From: Octopus vulgaris
Lineage: Eukaryota
Assembly (NCBI GenBank): GCA_951406725.2
Contig: OX597818.1
Coordinates: 136,896,001 to 136,960,000 of the forward strand
Direction: 5' to 3'
DNA length: 64,000 nt
Shown: piece after piece, positions 51,635 through 64,000 of the stretch
Layout of the letters: each line of letters starts with the position of its first letter
Numbering within the stretch: position 1 is the stretch's first letter
Program-made: the position numbers and the translations under genes
Notes under the pieces: generated by a model
The model's database searches: none
What the model was told of the DNA's origin: nothing
The model's input: the letters and a program-made list of their open reading frames with translations, nothing else

Positions 51635-51715
51635 CTGACCAAATTGGGTTGTCATAAGCAGTACCAGCACCAAAATATTCAAAGAGAGATTTCTTCAAAT
51701 GATCTGAATTGATAC
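51635..51715 (-). CDS. Internal exon (81 bp) of the same crystallin J1 / SelJ-like gene
   Basis: Acceptor ctttttgtcaatag|, donor TCAG|gtaagt; phase 1/1. Encodes GINSDHLKKSLFEYFGAGTAYDNPIWS, in frame with the previous exon and matching the family pattern L....FG.G..YD.P. Not in the ORF track. Confidence 0.88.
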
Positions 51716-52124
51716 CTATTGACAAAAAGTTAAGGCTTATTGTTACTGTTTGCTGAGTGGCAGTACAGATCATTATATTTAAACGTTATAACATCATGAT
51801 AGAAGTGACAAAATTATTGAAGCAGAAAACTATTGATGCAATAATAGAAATCATTCTATGATCTGGACAAAACCAGAAGAATTCCTGCAGAGAAGTTCAA
51901 AGTACCTCTCATGTAAAAATCTATAATGGAAAAATAGGTATAGTCAAAAGCTTATATATAGAGTTATCTGGAAACTGCTTTGTTTTCCTATCAATGATCA
52001 GGATAAACGGTTACACAAGGAAACTGGCCGAATTGTTAGCACGCCGGGCGAAATGTGGGTAGTTGTTTGACTTGCTAGAAATAGCAGCCAAACCTTCCTC
52101 ATATCATACATGATGGTCTTGAAA

Positions 52125-52430
52125 TCATCATCGTCGTCGTTTAACGTCCGTTCTCCATGCTAGCATGGGTTGGACGGTTCGACCGGGGTTCTGGGAAGCC
52201 AGAAGGCTGCACCAGGCTCCAGTCTAATTTGGCAATGTTTCTACAGCTGGATGCCCTTCCTAACGCCAACCACTCCGTGAGTGTAGTGGGTGCTTTTTAC
52301 GTGCCACCTGCACAGGTGCCAGGCGGGGCTGGCAACGGCCACGGTCAGATTGGTGTATTTTATGTGCCACCGGCACGGAAGCCAGTCGAGGCGGTGCTGG
52401 CATCGGCCACGAGTCGGATAGTGCTTTTGG
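52125..52430 (-). mobile_element. Family D element
   Basis: Tail plus units. Confidence 0.8.
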
Positions 52431-52716
52431 AAACTGAAAGATAGTTAGGCTGTTGGGTAGTAAAGAAATAGGTTACACAAGGAAGAAATTTTGTTTGTTG
52501 GTGTCAAGAATAAACAATATCCATGGCTTGAATGCAAGTACCAGATGAACCATCATCTTTTTCTGCCTCCTCCTCTTACAACTTATGTGAATAATACCAG
52601 TGTAGTATTTGTCTTCTTACTACACCAGTCAATGCTTGTTTTTCAAATTCACTTAGTCTCAATGTTTTCCCAAAGATAATGTAGAACATCCTATTTACTC
52701 CTCATCAATCATATGT

Positions 52717-53023
52717 GTGGAGGTGCAATGGCCTAGTGGTTAGGGTAGCGGACTCGCGGTTGTAGGATCGCGGTTTCGATTCCCAGACCGGGCGTTGTGA
52801 ATGTTTATTGAGCGAAAACACCTAAAAGCTCCACGGGGCTCAGGCAGGGGGTCGTGGCGATCCCTGCTGTACTCTTTCACCACAACTTTCTCTCACTCTT
52901 TCTTCTGTTGACCTGCTCGCTTAGCCAGCGGGGTGGCGTCATTTGAAGGCTAAAACAATGCAAAGCGCACTGTGACCAGCGATGTGTAGCAACATCTGAT
53001 AGCCTGGTCGGTCACGGTCATGG
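52717..53023 (+). mobile_element. SINE family B with tail type 2
   Basis: 12-bp TSD tcaatcatatgt at 52705-52716 and 53024-53035. Confidence 0.9.
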
Positions 53024-53249
53024 TCAATCATATGTACCTTCTATTACATTCCTTCTTGTTGTTGCAAGCAGGACTAGCTCAAGGTACCAGCAACTTGGGT
53101 AGTCACTGAGGGCACCATGTGCTAGGGAAAACCAAAGAGGGTGTGACAAAAACAAGGAAATTTCCACAACCATCCGCTTGTACATACCAAAGTTCAGCTT
53201 CCCTGGGGTGCCAGCAACCTTAGGGCTGGCCGTGATATGTTACCGTCTT

Positions 53250-53790
53250 GTCACCACAGATGCCCCTCATATGTTCTACTCCCAGTGCTACATGTACTTC
53301 TAGCATGTCCTCTTACCACCTAGTAATACCCTTCAGTTGCCACACATGCCCCTACTATGTTCCTTTCTGTCACTGCATGTGTCCTTAGTACATTCCCCTT
53401 TGTTGCTACATGTGCCCCTATATTTATCTCTACCACTGCATATGCCCCTACTGTGTTCCCCTCTGTCATTGCACATGTCCCTACTGTGTTCCCCTCTGTC
53501 ACTGCACATGTTTCTAGTATATACCACTCCCATTGCTGCATGTACCTCAAGCATCTTCTCCTGTTACCACATGTGTCTCTATGACAGTTGTCTCAGTCAA
53601 CACTTGTTCCCCAGCTACATTCTTCACTGTTACTACACAACCCTCTACTATGTTCTCTTCCCATCACTGCATGTGCTCCTACTATGTTCCCCTCTTGTCA
53701 CTGTACACACCCCTACTATATTCCTATCACTACATCCTCAACACACTCTTATAATTACAACATACTCCCCACATTCCCCTATCAATGCTA
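53250..53790. repeat. Diverged ~33-bp minisatellite
   Basis: Recurrent cactgcacatgtccctactgtgttcccctctgt-like unit. Confidence 0.75.
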
Positions 53791-54156
53791 TATAATATTT
53801 ACAGACCTCCTCCTATCACAGTACACCTCCCAAATGACTAGATAGCTTCTACCCAATTACAATTTATTAAAAAAAGTTGTCAAACTTTGTGTGAAGTGAG
53901 ACAATATTGTCATTTAGCCCCAGGACAGCCTTGATCAAGCAAACCAATAGCCTAACTATCTTTCAGTTTCCAAAATACTCCTTGATATTTTAAGACTATT
54001 ATGTGTGATATGAGGAAGGTTTGGCTGCTATTTCTAGCAAGTCAGACAACTACATAAAGGTTCACTGATTAACAGAAGCAATAGTTCATTAAACTGAGAA
54101 CATTTCTCATGAATGAGATACTGAAACACTGAAGTTTCTGTGTGGAAAGGATTTAA

Positions 54157-54700
54157 CCCTACCATCCGATTGTGGCCGTTTGCCAGCCTCGCCTGGCACG
54201 TAAAAAGCACCCACTACACTCATGGAGTGGTTGACGTTAGGAAGGGCATCCAGCCATAGAAACATTGCCAGATCAGACTGGGCCTGGTGCAGCCTACTGG
54301 CTCCCCAGACCCCAGTTGAACTACACTCGCGGAGTGGTTGGCGTTAGGAAGGGCATCCAGCTGTAGAAACACTGCCAGATCAGACTGGAGCTTGGAGCAG
54401 CCCCTGGCTCCCCAGACCCTGGTCGAACCGTCCAACCCGTGCTAGCATGGAAAGCGGACGCTAAACGATGATGATGATGATGATGATGTTACTGTATTTA
54501 TTTTGAGATGCTCTCTGTTTCTTTCAATTACTTTAAAAACAACTCAGAATTTAGTAAAATAGCTTAGTTATCATTCAGCTAGTGTTAGGAACATAAATTG
54601 TGACTAAGTTTTGGTGGAAGATTTTAATTCAAATCTTATGAAAACAAGACATTTGTACTACAGAGCCAGAGCTGGTTTCAGCCGGGTTGGTAACGAAAGG
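54157..54700. mobile_element. piggyBac-like MITE (family F2) interrupted by a family D element (~54161-54487)
   Basis: TTAA|CCCT ... AAAGGG|TTAA; uninterrupted copy at ~62060-62279. Confidence 0.7.
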
Positions 54701-55203
54701 GTTAAGCAAGGAGGGTGCAGCTTTAAATTAAAAGAAATCATCGGATATAAAAGAAATTAGTCCTCAGATTGGAATTTACAGGAAAGAGACAACAGAAAAC
54801 AATAAAATATTGTTCTTGTTTACATTAAAGAAGCAGGTAAGGCTGTAAAGTTAGTTATAAAGTTCAATCCTACTTAGTGTTATTTTGGACAAATGTCTTC
54901 TATATTAGCCTGGTGCTGATCAAGGACTTGTGAGTGAGACTGACAGATGGAAACTGTGAGGAAGCCCATTGTATGTGTGTGTGAGAGAGAGCATATATGT
55001 GTGTGCAAAAGTGTGCATGTGTGCAAGTGTCAATGTGTGCATGCATGTGTGTGTGTGTGTGTGTGTGCACAGGCATGGCTGTCTGGTAGAGGAGTTCACT
55101 TCCCAACCATGTGGTTTTAAGTTCAGCCCCCACCACTGCATGGCACCTGACCAAAGCACTGTGAAATGGATTTGATAGACAGAAACTTAAAGAAACCTGT
55201 CAT

Positions 55204-55613
55204 GCCGTTGCCAGTGCTGCCCCGACTGGCCTTGTGCCAGTGGCACGTAAAAAGCACCATCCGTTCATGGCCGTTGCCAGCGCCGCCCCGACTGGCCTCG
55301 TGCCGGTGGCAGGTAAAAAGCACCATCCGTTTGTGGCCGTTGCCAGCCTCGCCTGGCCCCCCCGTGCCGGTGGCACATAAAAAGCACCATCCGATCATGA
55401 CCGTTTGCCAGCCTCGTCTGGCACCTGTGCCGGTGGCACGTAAAAAGCACCCACTACACTCATGGAGTGGTTGACGTTAGGAAGGGCATCCAGCCGTAGA
55501 AACATTGCCAGATCAGACTGGGCCTGGTGCAGCCTTCTGACTTCCCAGACCCCAGTTGAACCGTCCAATCCATGCTAGCATGGAAAGTGGACGCTAAACG
55601 ATGATGATGATGA
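55204..55613 (+). mobile_element. Family D element with four ~60-bp units
   Basis: Units plus (GAT)n tail. Confidence 0.85.
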
Positions 55614-56229
55614 TAATACAAAATAAGAAAATGGAGGAATAGATTTCTTTCAATCATCAACTACTAGATAATACCAATTCATATAATTTATTAACTAATT
55701 ATTTAGGAACATCCAGATCAAACAGAATAATACAGAATAAAACAGTATACATCAATAAGTAAGATAATACCATAAGAACAATACATATAAAATGGATCTT
55801 ACAGCTGTTTCAGCCTGTAGATAAGAGTATCTCATTATGCTCATATTAGTCAGATGTATTGAGGTGTGTCCTCATTTTGACAGTGCAATAATTGTAAATG
55901 AGCATCAGTGTTATACAAGTGGTGTTCTTTGTTCCCAGTCTTCTGTGCAAACATGCACAGCAATGGAGAAGTATTGCCTTGCTTAGAAACCTGTAAGGGT
56001 TGGTCACAAGAAGGACAGTGTCAACCCATGTCTGACCCATGCGAGCATGGGAACGTGAATATTAAAATGATGATGATTATGTGTGCGTATGCATGCATGT
56101 GTGCATAAATGTCAATTCCATGCATCATCATTAGCACTGTTGTTGTAGAATTTGGAGACATTATTTTCTTCAGGGGACACATGTTTTGTAAATCTGTGGA
56201 AGTATGAAGATTGGTTTAATAAGAAAATC

Positions 56230-56570
56230 TGAGACTCTCTTCGGTCATGACACAAACCATGGGATTGAACCTAGAAAGTTACCCTCCAAGGCACAAGTCC
56301 AGGCAAGGTTATTTATGGAAGACCAGCAGTCGCTCATGCATACCGGCCTCCACTCTCCATGCCGCCAGTGTTATCCAAGGGAAAGGTACCGGCTGATACA
56401 GCTTGGCACCAGTGATGTTGCAACTCATTTCTACAGCTGAGTGAACGGGAGCAACATGAAGTAAAGTGTCTTGCTCAAGAACACAGCACGCAGCCTGGTC
56501 CGGGATTCGAGCTCACAACCTCACGATAGTAAGATCGATGCTCTAACCACTGAGCCATGCGCCTTCACAA
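56230..56570 (-). mobile_element. SINE family H
   Basis: Homologous to 38325-38660; flanked by aataagaaaat on both sides. Confidence 0.85.
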
Positions 56571-56661
56571 TAAGAAAATACTTTCCATGTAAAACAAGAC
56601 TTGGTGACAGGCAGGGTATCAAGCTGTAGAAAACCTTCCTCAATAAGTTCTTTATAGCTTA

Positions 56662-57125
56662 CTACAGCATAGCCCGGCATTGCCCGGGTATGTAAGAGGC
56701 CCTAGTAGGCAACGACTAATCCCAATCTAGTCCTTTACCTCCAGGGAACGAAGGCGCATGTGTAGGTTGCAATGTCTTCTCTTCCCTCGAATACTTCTGT
56801 GTATACGATGTTCCTAGCTGTGCCTTTGTGCGAAAACATGAAAACATCATTGCGCCTCCCAACGCGTGAACAGCCCATGTACAGCCCAGAAAATGTGTTG
56901 CTTATAAAAAGCTTAGATTCTGGACCCCATGTCGAATTTATCGATTTTTTCAGAACTGGGGGAACTTTTCAAAATTTTTGTTGGATTAGTTTTGAATTAT
57001 GACATTGCGCTATGTGTGTGTCAAGTTTCATCAGAATCGGTTGAAAGCCGTGGTCAGGGTGAGGGTACAACCTGACACACACACAGACACACAGACAGAC
57101 AAACTGCCATTTATATAGAGAGAGA
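56662..57125 (-). mobile_element. Non-autonomous Helitron (chimeric)
   Basis: 5' ~200 bp shared with 25008-25390; different 3' half with hairpin cccgggcaatgccggg and a GTAG|T end. Confidence 0.8.
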
Positions 57126-57325
57126 TACCAGCATGGAAAAACAGATGAACAAGATTTAGTGTGGAAGGTGCAATAGAAAGTTATCAAAGATGTCCTTGGT
57201 TTCTGTAAAAGTACAATGTGCATACCCTTACCTTTTACTGAAACTTAGTGAGTATTTCTGGGTGAGTGGGGTGCATGTGTGAAACACTGGTTAACTTTTT
57301 GTTTTATAGTTCTTGAAAAACTAAC

Positions 57326-57502
57326 CTGAATTTTCCACAAGGGACTTCAAAACAACAAAATTTTGGTCTCCATAACAGGTTTGCTTGCCAGTCTTTTGCA
57401 CATAGAATGGATTCTGTGATGGTTCCCAGAACTCCCAATCACTTCTTGTACTCAGTAAAGCAGTCAACTTCTCTTTGTTGTAGTTCCAATGAATTGGTTG
57501 CA
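57326..57502 (-). CDS. Internal exon (177 bp) of a crystallin J1 / selenoprotein J-like ADP-ribosylglycohydrolase-family gene
   Basis: Minus-strand acceptor tttttatcttctacag| and donor TCAG|gttagt; phase 1/1. Encodes xQPIHWNYNKEKLTALLSTRSDWEFWEPSQNPFYVQKTGKQTCYGDQNFVVLKSLVENSG, matching the remembered SelJ/J1-crystallin motifs QPxHWxY and NPFY...G..SCYGDQ..VLL.SL. Confidence 0.9.
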
Positions 57503-57644
57503 CTGTAGAAGATAAAAAGACAATATGTTTAAGGTAAGGAAAACTTACAAATTTCATCGCATCGTTATTTTGTGTGCACTTTCCATGCCAGTATGGATTT
57601 GTAGCTACTGGATTCAACCCCATGTTTTGCCACATAGAAATGTG

Positions 57645-57827
57645 CGGGTGGCGTGTAAAAAGCACCCACTACACTCACGGAGTGGTTGGCGTTAGGAAGG
57701 GCATCCAGCCGTAGAAACACTGCCAGGTCTGACTGGGCCTGATGCAGCCTTCCGGCTTTACAGACCCCAGTTGAACCGTCCAACCCATGCTAGCATGGAA
57801 AATGGATGCTAAATGATGATGATGATG
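57645..57827 (+). mobile_element. Family D 3' end
   Basis: Tail match. Confidence 0.8.
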
Positions 57828-58159
57828 AAATCACATTATCCAATCAATAGCTGTTGTTCATATGACAGTTTTGGTGGTTTGTCTCGACTTTCTGTGAACA
57901 CAACCTAAAAATACAACCCAGTTCAGTGCCAAAATTTCAGAGTGAATCAATTTACCGTCAGCATTCACTATCCCCCCCCCCATAGCTGTTTTCACAGCTA
58001 CATATTCAACTTGGAATGATTGAAGAAGACACACCATGGCATGTGAATAAGTATCTGATGTGTAAATGTAAGCTCAAATGTGGAATTTCTAACAAATACT
58101 TTCAGCACATGTTATGAGTATTGTCGTATCTGAATATTTTTTTGTATTGCATGAGTACC

Positions 58160-58557
58160 TTACTCTTTAACTTGTTTCAGTCATTTGACTGCGGCCATGC
58201 TGGAGCACCGCCTTTAGTTGATCAAATCGACCCCGGGACTTATTCTTTGTAAGCCCAGTACTTATTCTATTGGGCCCTTTTGCTGAACCGCTAAGTGACG
58301 GGGACGTAAACACACCAGCATCGGTTGTCAAGCAATGCTAGGGGGACAAACACAGACACACAAACACACATATATATATATATATACATATATACGACAG
58401 GCTTCTTTCAGTTTCCGTCTACCAAATCCACTCACAAGGCATTGGTCGGCCCGGGGCTATAGCAGAAGACACTTGCCCAAGATGCCACGCAGTGGGACTG
58501 AACCCGCAACCATGTGGTTGGTTAGCAAGCTACTTACCACACAGCCACTCCTGCGCC
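58160..58557 (-). mobile_element. SINE family A
   Basis: Full-length copy. Confidence 0.9.
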
Positions 58558-59159
58558 TATTAATGTAACAAAAGATTATGTTCTAACACACAAAAAAATC
58601 CTTTCATTGTTACAGATTAAATAGGTCATCACAATCTGTTCTATTTCATAGCCACTACTTTCACAGACAGGTTGGAGGACCTTGCCTCATTTGTTATGTT
58701 TTCAGTCTGATTTCTATGGTTAGATGACTTTCCTATCAACAGCCACTATAAATAATGCACTGGGGTGGGGGCAGATGATGTAGGGACATAACAACCTATT
58801 TAGTGCTGGTGTTGCAATAAAATGTAGCATAAATGTAGCATCAGCACTAAATTACATGTCTTTGACAGGACTAAAGAGTCATATCAATCTCAACCAATTT
58901 ATAACAGACTGCAATCTGACCAACAACAATGTCATAGGCATAACTCTCTTCTTGACTAAACACAAAAGCTGTAACAAAATAACTAGTTCTGCATGTTAAC
59001 CTCAGATAAAATGCTTACTGTATTTTCTGGTATATAAGTCAACATAGTATATAGTAATAAAAACACTGTCACTACTTTTTCAAATTCTGTTGCATCTCAT
59101 GGAATTTTTGGTCTTCAAAAGTGGTCTTGGTATGTGTAAGTTGACCTACTTTATTTTGA

Positions 59160-59565
59160 CTACTCTTACTCTTTACTCTTTTACTTGTTTCAGTCATTTG
59201 ACTGCAGCCATGCTGGAGCACCGCCTTTAGTCGAGCAAATCCACCTCCGGGACTTATACTTTGTAAGCCCAGTACTTATTCTATCGGTCTCTTTTGCCGA
59301 ACCGCTAAGTGACAGGGACATAAACACACCAGCATCGGTTGTCAACCAATGCTAGGTAGACAAACACAAACGCACACAAACACATATATATATATATACA
59401 TATATACAACAGGCTTCTTTCAGTTTCCGTCTACCAAATCCACTCACAAGGCATTGGTCGGCCCGGGGCTATAGCAGAAGACACTTGCCCAAGATGCCAC
59501 GCAGTGGGACTGAACCCGGAACCATGTGGTTGGTAAGCAAGCTACTTACCACACAGCCACTCCTG
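59160..59565 (-). mobile_element. SINE family A
   Basis: Near full-length; followed by an older copy (~59610-60163) carrying a Penelope-like insertion. Confidence 0.88.
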
Positions 59566-60319
59566 ACTGTAAATTTTCCTTGTAAAAATTCAACTTGTAA
59601 TACTTTAGCTTTTACTTGTCTCAGTCATTAGACTTTGGCCACACTGTTGCACCACTTTGAAGAATTTTTTGTCAAATGAATTGACCCTAGTACTTGCTTT
59701 AAAGTCTGGTTCTTATTCTATCAGTCTTTTTTGCTGAACTGCTAAGTTACAGGGATGTAAACACACCAATACCGGTTGTTAAGTGGTGGTAGGGAACAGA
59801 TACAGACACCAACACACACACACATATGTAGTTAAAATTTGCAGAAAATCAAAAGACGAAGACAGGTGTATGAATAACAGGCAGGTGTATTAGTTTGACA
59901 CTCGGGAAAGTGAGAAAGTCTTTTACGTTTCGAGCCTATACTCTTCAACAGAAAGGAACACGAGGAAATAAACAGAGAAAAATATATATATTAAAATGTA
60001 TGATGTGCTTCTTTTTGGTTTCTGCCTACCAAATCCAGTCACAAGGCTTTACTTGGCCCAAGACTATAATAGAAGACACTTGTCCAAGGTGCCATGCAGT
60101 AGGACTGAACCTTAAATCTTGTAGTTGGCAAGCAAGCTTCTTACCACACAGTTATGGCTGCACCTATACTGAAAATTTAGACCATTTATTAGAGATAAGG
60201 TTTTAACTTGGAGATTAGCTTTATTATGAGTTATATTCTACAGGACTAACATAAAAAGTAGGACTTAAAAATGGAGCAATTTTTTTAACAGCTTCACCCT
60301 TTAGTATTACTGTTAAGTG

Positions 60320-60353
<34 letters not shown>

Positions 60354-60975
60354 GTTTAACGTCCGTTTTCCACACTAGCACGGGCTGGACGGTTCGACCG
60401 GGGTCTGGGAAGCCAGGCTCCAGTCTGATCTGGCAGAGTTTCTATGGCTGGATGCCCTTCCTAACGCCAACCACTCCGCGAGTGTAGTGGGTGATTTAGC
60501 ATATTTATTCATATTGTTTTGAATTAATCTTGCATTATCATATAGCATCAAGATTTCAATGATGGGATTGCTTATTTTTAAAATAAGATTGGAAGATAGG
60601 TGTGAAAGGCTGGATCTAGTCAGTTTAAATGTAAAACAGGTAGAAAATTTGGGGCTGGATATTGCTAGTTTAAAGGTTAATTAGGGAAGGAAAGGCAACA
60701 CACAAAATCTATTTTTTCTGAAGACTGTTGGGAAGAAGGAGAATTTGAGACTGAAACTAGAGTTGTGGCCTCAATGCTTTTCAATAGAAAGGACTGTAAT
60801 GAAACTACGAAAGGACCAGGCAGTGGCGTTAAACTGGGTGAAAGAGATCATCTATTTACCAACCATGAAATTCGAAATTAAAGAGATGGAACAAATACTG
60901 CCAGGAGCCATGTCTGGCATTCTAGTAGTTCCAACAGTCAAACAATCTGGAACTGATATTATATTTTATTGACCT

Positions 60976-61196
60976 TAGCAGAACCGTTAGCATGCCGGGC
61001 GAAATGCGTAGCCGTATTTCGTCTGCTGCTACGTTCTGAGTTCAAATTCCGCCGAGGTCGACTTTGCCTTTCATCCTTTCGGGGTCGATAAATTAAGTAC
61101 CAGTTAAGCACTGGGGTTGATGTAATCGTCTTAATCCGTTTGTCTGTCCTTGTTTGTCCCCTCTGTGTTTAGCCCCTTGTGGGTAGTAAAGAAATA
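60976..61196 (+). mobile_element. SINE family C
   Basis: Near full-length; atattttattgacctt-like sequence on both sides. Confidence 0.88.
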
Positions 61197-62059
61197 TATA
61201 TTTTATTGACCTTGAAAGGATGAAAGGTAAAGTTGACCCCATCAGGGTTTGAACTCAAAGATGTAAAAGAGATATTCATCACAAGGCATTTTGTCCTACA
61301 CCTTAAAGATTCAGCCATTTCCATACATGCTATACATTTACATCTGCAACAATTTGCATTTTTTTTTTCTAGGGAAAAGAAATGAAGACTTATATATTCA
61401 ATGATAAGTTAATCCTTTAGCATTTAAACTGGCCACATTCAGCCGAAATATTCTACCCACTCTATGTTCAAACTGGCCAAATCTGGTCCCTCACACCTAC
61501 TCTACAATGTCATTCTCTAAATATATAATCACATCATTAAACTCTTGAAGCTACAAGATAATTCATAATTAATTCAAAACAATGTGAATAAATAAGCAGA
61601 ACATTTAACAGAATAATCTGAATGCTAAAAGGTTAAACTTAAAAGCAATAAAGTTGTGTGTGTGTGTGTGTGTGGGTGGGTGAGAGAGTGAGAGTAAGAG
61701 AGGGGGGGTAGAGAGCAGCTTCAAAATGAGACACACAGGTAAAACGTGGTACTTATTTCATTAAGTGGTTATTCTACAAGTGTTAAATTTTGTTTAATTA
61801 CTAAGATAATATGACAGAACCAACAAGAGACTTTCACTTCTGCTATTATCAGAGTTGACCAAACTAGCTTCTCAATGAAGTACTTGACTCAAATTGTTAA
61901 ATGTTCTCTTAGATATTTATTGTTAAAAGTGAGGTCAAACGCTGTAAATCATAATCTCAAGATAAAGTTGAAGAGGCAGTGAATAGAAAGTTAGATGTAA
62001 ATTAAGTTTACATTATATCAAAGCTATAGATAGTATTATGTTGACTTAAACTGATTTAA

Positions 62060-62279
62060 CCCTTTCATTACTGTATTTATTTTGAGATGCTCTGTGTTTC
62101 TTTCAATCATTTTAAATATAAGAAAGAATTTAGTGAAACCATTTAGTTATCATTCAGCTAGTGTTAGGAACATTAACTGTGACTAAGGTTTGGTGGAAGA
62201 TTTTAATTCAAAACTTATGAAAACAAGATATTTTACCACAGAGCCAGAGCCGGTTTTGGCCACGTTAGCAACAAAAGGG
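62060..62279. mobile_element. piggyBac-like MITE (family F2)
   Basis: TTAA|CCCTTT ... AAAGGG|TTAA. Confidence 0.75.
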
Positions 62280-62446
62280 TTAAACTGTGTAACTGAAGTG
62301 CTGCTGAATGACTTTAGAATATTATCATTTATTAGCGACCTGCCGAATCATGAGTTACATTTTATAACAATGACTTAAGTAGGGCTCAGAATGGACTGAC
62401 ATAGCAGTTTCTGTCTAACAGTCAAACCCATGCCTGAATGGAACAC

Positions 62447-62514
<68 letters not shown>

Positions 62515-62515
62515 A

Positions 62516-62997
62516 CAGTTGTGGCCAAAAGTTAAGCCTAAGTACAATTTGGTTTAAATATATGCAAGCCCTCTGGCCCCCATGCCGGTGGCACGTAAAA
62601 AGCACCATCCGATGGTGGCCGTTTGCCAGCCTCGTCTGGCACCTGTGCTGGTGGCACATAAAAAGCACCCACTACACTCACGAAGTGGTTGGCGTTAGGA
62701 AGGGCATCCAGCTGTAGAAACACTGCCAGAACAGACTGGGCCTGGCGCAGCCTTCTGGCTTCCCAGACCCTAGTTGAACCGTCCAACCCATACTAGCATG
62801 GAAAACGGACGTTAAACGATGATGATGATAATGATGACAACATATAATTTTGGGCATTTAATATGAAATTCTAATTTTCAGACCTGTTTCAAACTTTTGG
62901 CGAAGTAATGGTATATTGCAAATTAAATATAACTTTGGGCATTTAATATAAAAATTCTAATTTTCAGACCTATGTTCCAAACTTTTGGCCACAACTG
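62516..62997. mobile_element. Tc1-like non-autonomous element interrupted by a family D element (~62570-62838)
   Basis: 18-bp TIR CAGTTGTGGCCAAAAGTT / AACTTTTGGCCACAACTG; right flank TA, left flank CA; subterminal ~60-bp direct duplication. Confidence 0.75.
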
Positions 62998-63514
62998 TAC
63001 ATCCATACATACATACATACATGCATAGCACCTTAGAAAATACTAATAACTCTGGGATGCAGGTCGCTAAGATAATTAACAATCTATTTAACAGGGAACT
63101 GCAGAAGCTCAGCCAAACTTAAACCTTGGTTATACATTTATAAAATGCAAGTTGATCTTTTTTTAGGCTCTTTTCTTTTCTGTAATGTTTGTATGTTTAA
63201 AGGTGTGTGCATGCCTTAAACAGACTTCAGAAATCGTATTTCACCATTTGCTAACTTCGGCTGACAGGTGTGCAATTACACAACGTAACAATTTAAAAAA
63301 AAAAAATTGCTTATTGTATTTTTTTTATTGTTTATCAATCCATTTTTTTCTGCTGATTCCAAAAATGCAATTATTTTTTGTGTATCACCAACAGTTAAAA
63401 AAATATCTCGACTTTCAATGTTATTATATATTTGGTATTGTTATAATGTTCTGCTACTAAATGTATGCCTAATTTTCTCTTTCAGACCAATTACTAAGTT
63501 CTGGTACTTTCAGG

Positions 63515-64000
63515 ATGGCTACTAGAGTATGTAAAAATTCTCCAGATACATTTTGTTATGTGTGTGGTTATTATATTGGAAAAAAGCAGGTATTACATAA
63601 GGTCGTGAAAGGTGCCAAATTGTGGATAGCGTACAGACTCTATTTTGGAATGCCCATGGGTGACCAGGACAAACCATGGGCCCCACATGTGATGTGGAAG
63701 CTGTCAATCTACTCTAGAAGGATGGTTAAGAAGTACAGGAAGGTCAATGCCTTTTGCCATTCCAAGGATATGGGGAGAGCCAAAGAACCATCACGATGAC
63801 TGTTACTTTTATATGATCGATGTGACAAAGTCCAGAAAAGTGAAAGGAAGACAAGCTCTTCAGTATCCAGACATACCATCATTTAGAGCACCTGCCCCAC
63901 ATAATGACAGTTTATGAGTACCACTACCACCAGAAAATATTTCATCTGAAGAGTCAACAAGTAGTAGCAGCCAAGAAATGGAGGAAGCTTTCGTACCAAG
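63515..64000 (+). pseudogene. Chapaev3-like (CMC superfamily) DNA transposase N-terminus, disrupted, running off the window
   Basis: C.NSPDTFCYVCG...YFGMPMGDQDKPWAPH, frameshift near 63692, then CGSC..TLEGW...MPFAIPRIWGEPKNHHDDCYF...YPDIPS..AP.PH, with a stop at ~63915. Family assigned from memory of this Cys-rich motif. Confidence 0.75.

Overview
AT-rich, repeat-saturated eukaryotic genomic DNA, probably an octopus or other coleoid cephalopod (inferred from the style of the tRNA-derived SINEs; not database-checked). The only host gene I can support is on the minus strand: three phase-1 GT-AG exons (57326-57502, 51635-51715, 42153-42245) that splice into a continuous ~117-codon segment of a crystallin J1 / selenoprotein J-like ADP-ribosylglycohydrolase-family protein. 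I did not find its first exon or its downstream exons, so nearly the whole window is probably intron. The introns hold several SINE families with shuffled head, core and tail modules, truncated LINEs (CR1, RTE, Tx1/L1), non-autonomous Helitrons, mariner, Tc1, piggyBac-like and hAT-like MITEs, a decayed Chapaev3-like transposase, a 107-bp satellite and many microsatellites. The most notable hidden signals are: a canonical type I hammerhead ribozyme inside a TSD-flanked, hairpin-headed 420-bp Penelope-like element (19286-19706); a second family with four minimal variant hammerheads; and a SINE whose 3' tail matches the 3' end of the Tx1-like LINE in the same window. Almost all ORFs in the supplied track are microsatellite or repeat artefacts. 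Repeat boundaries are read by eye and are approximate unless a TSD or terminus is cited.
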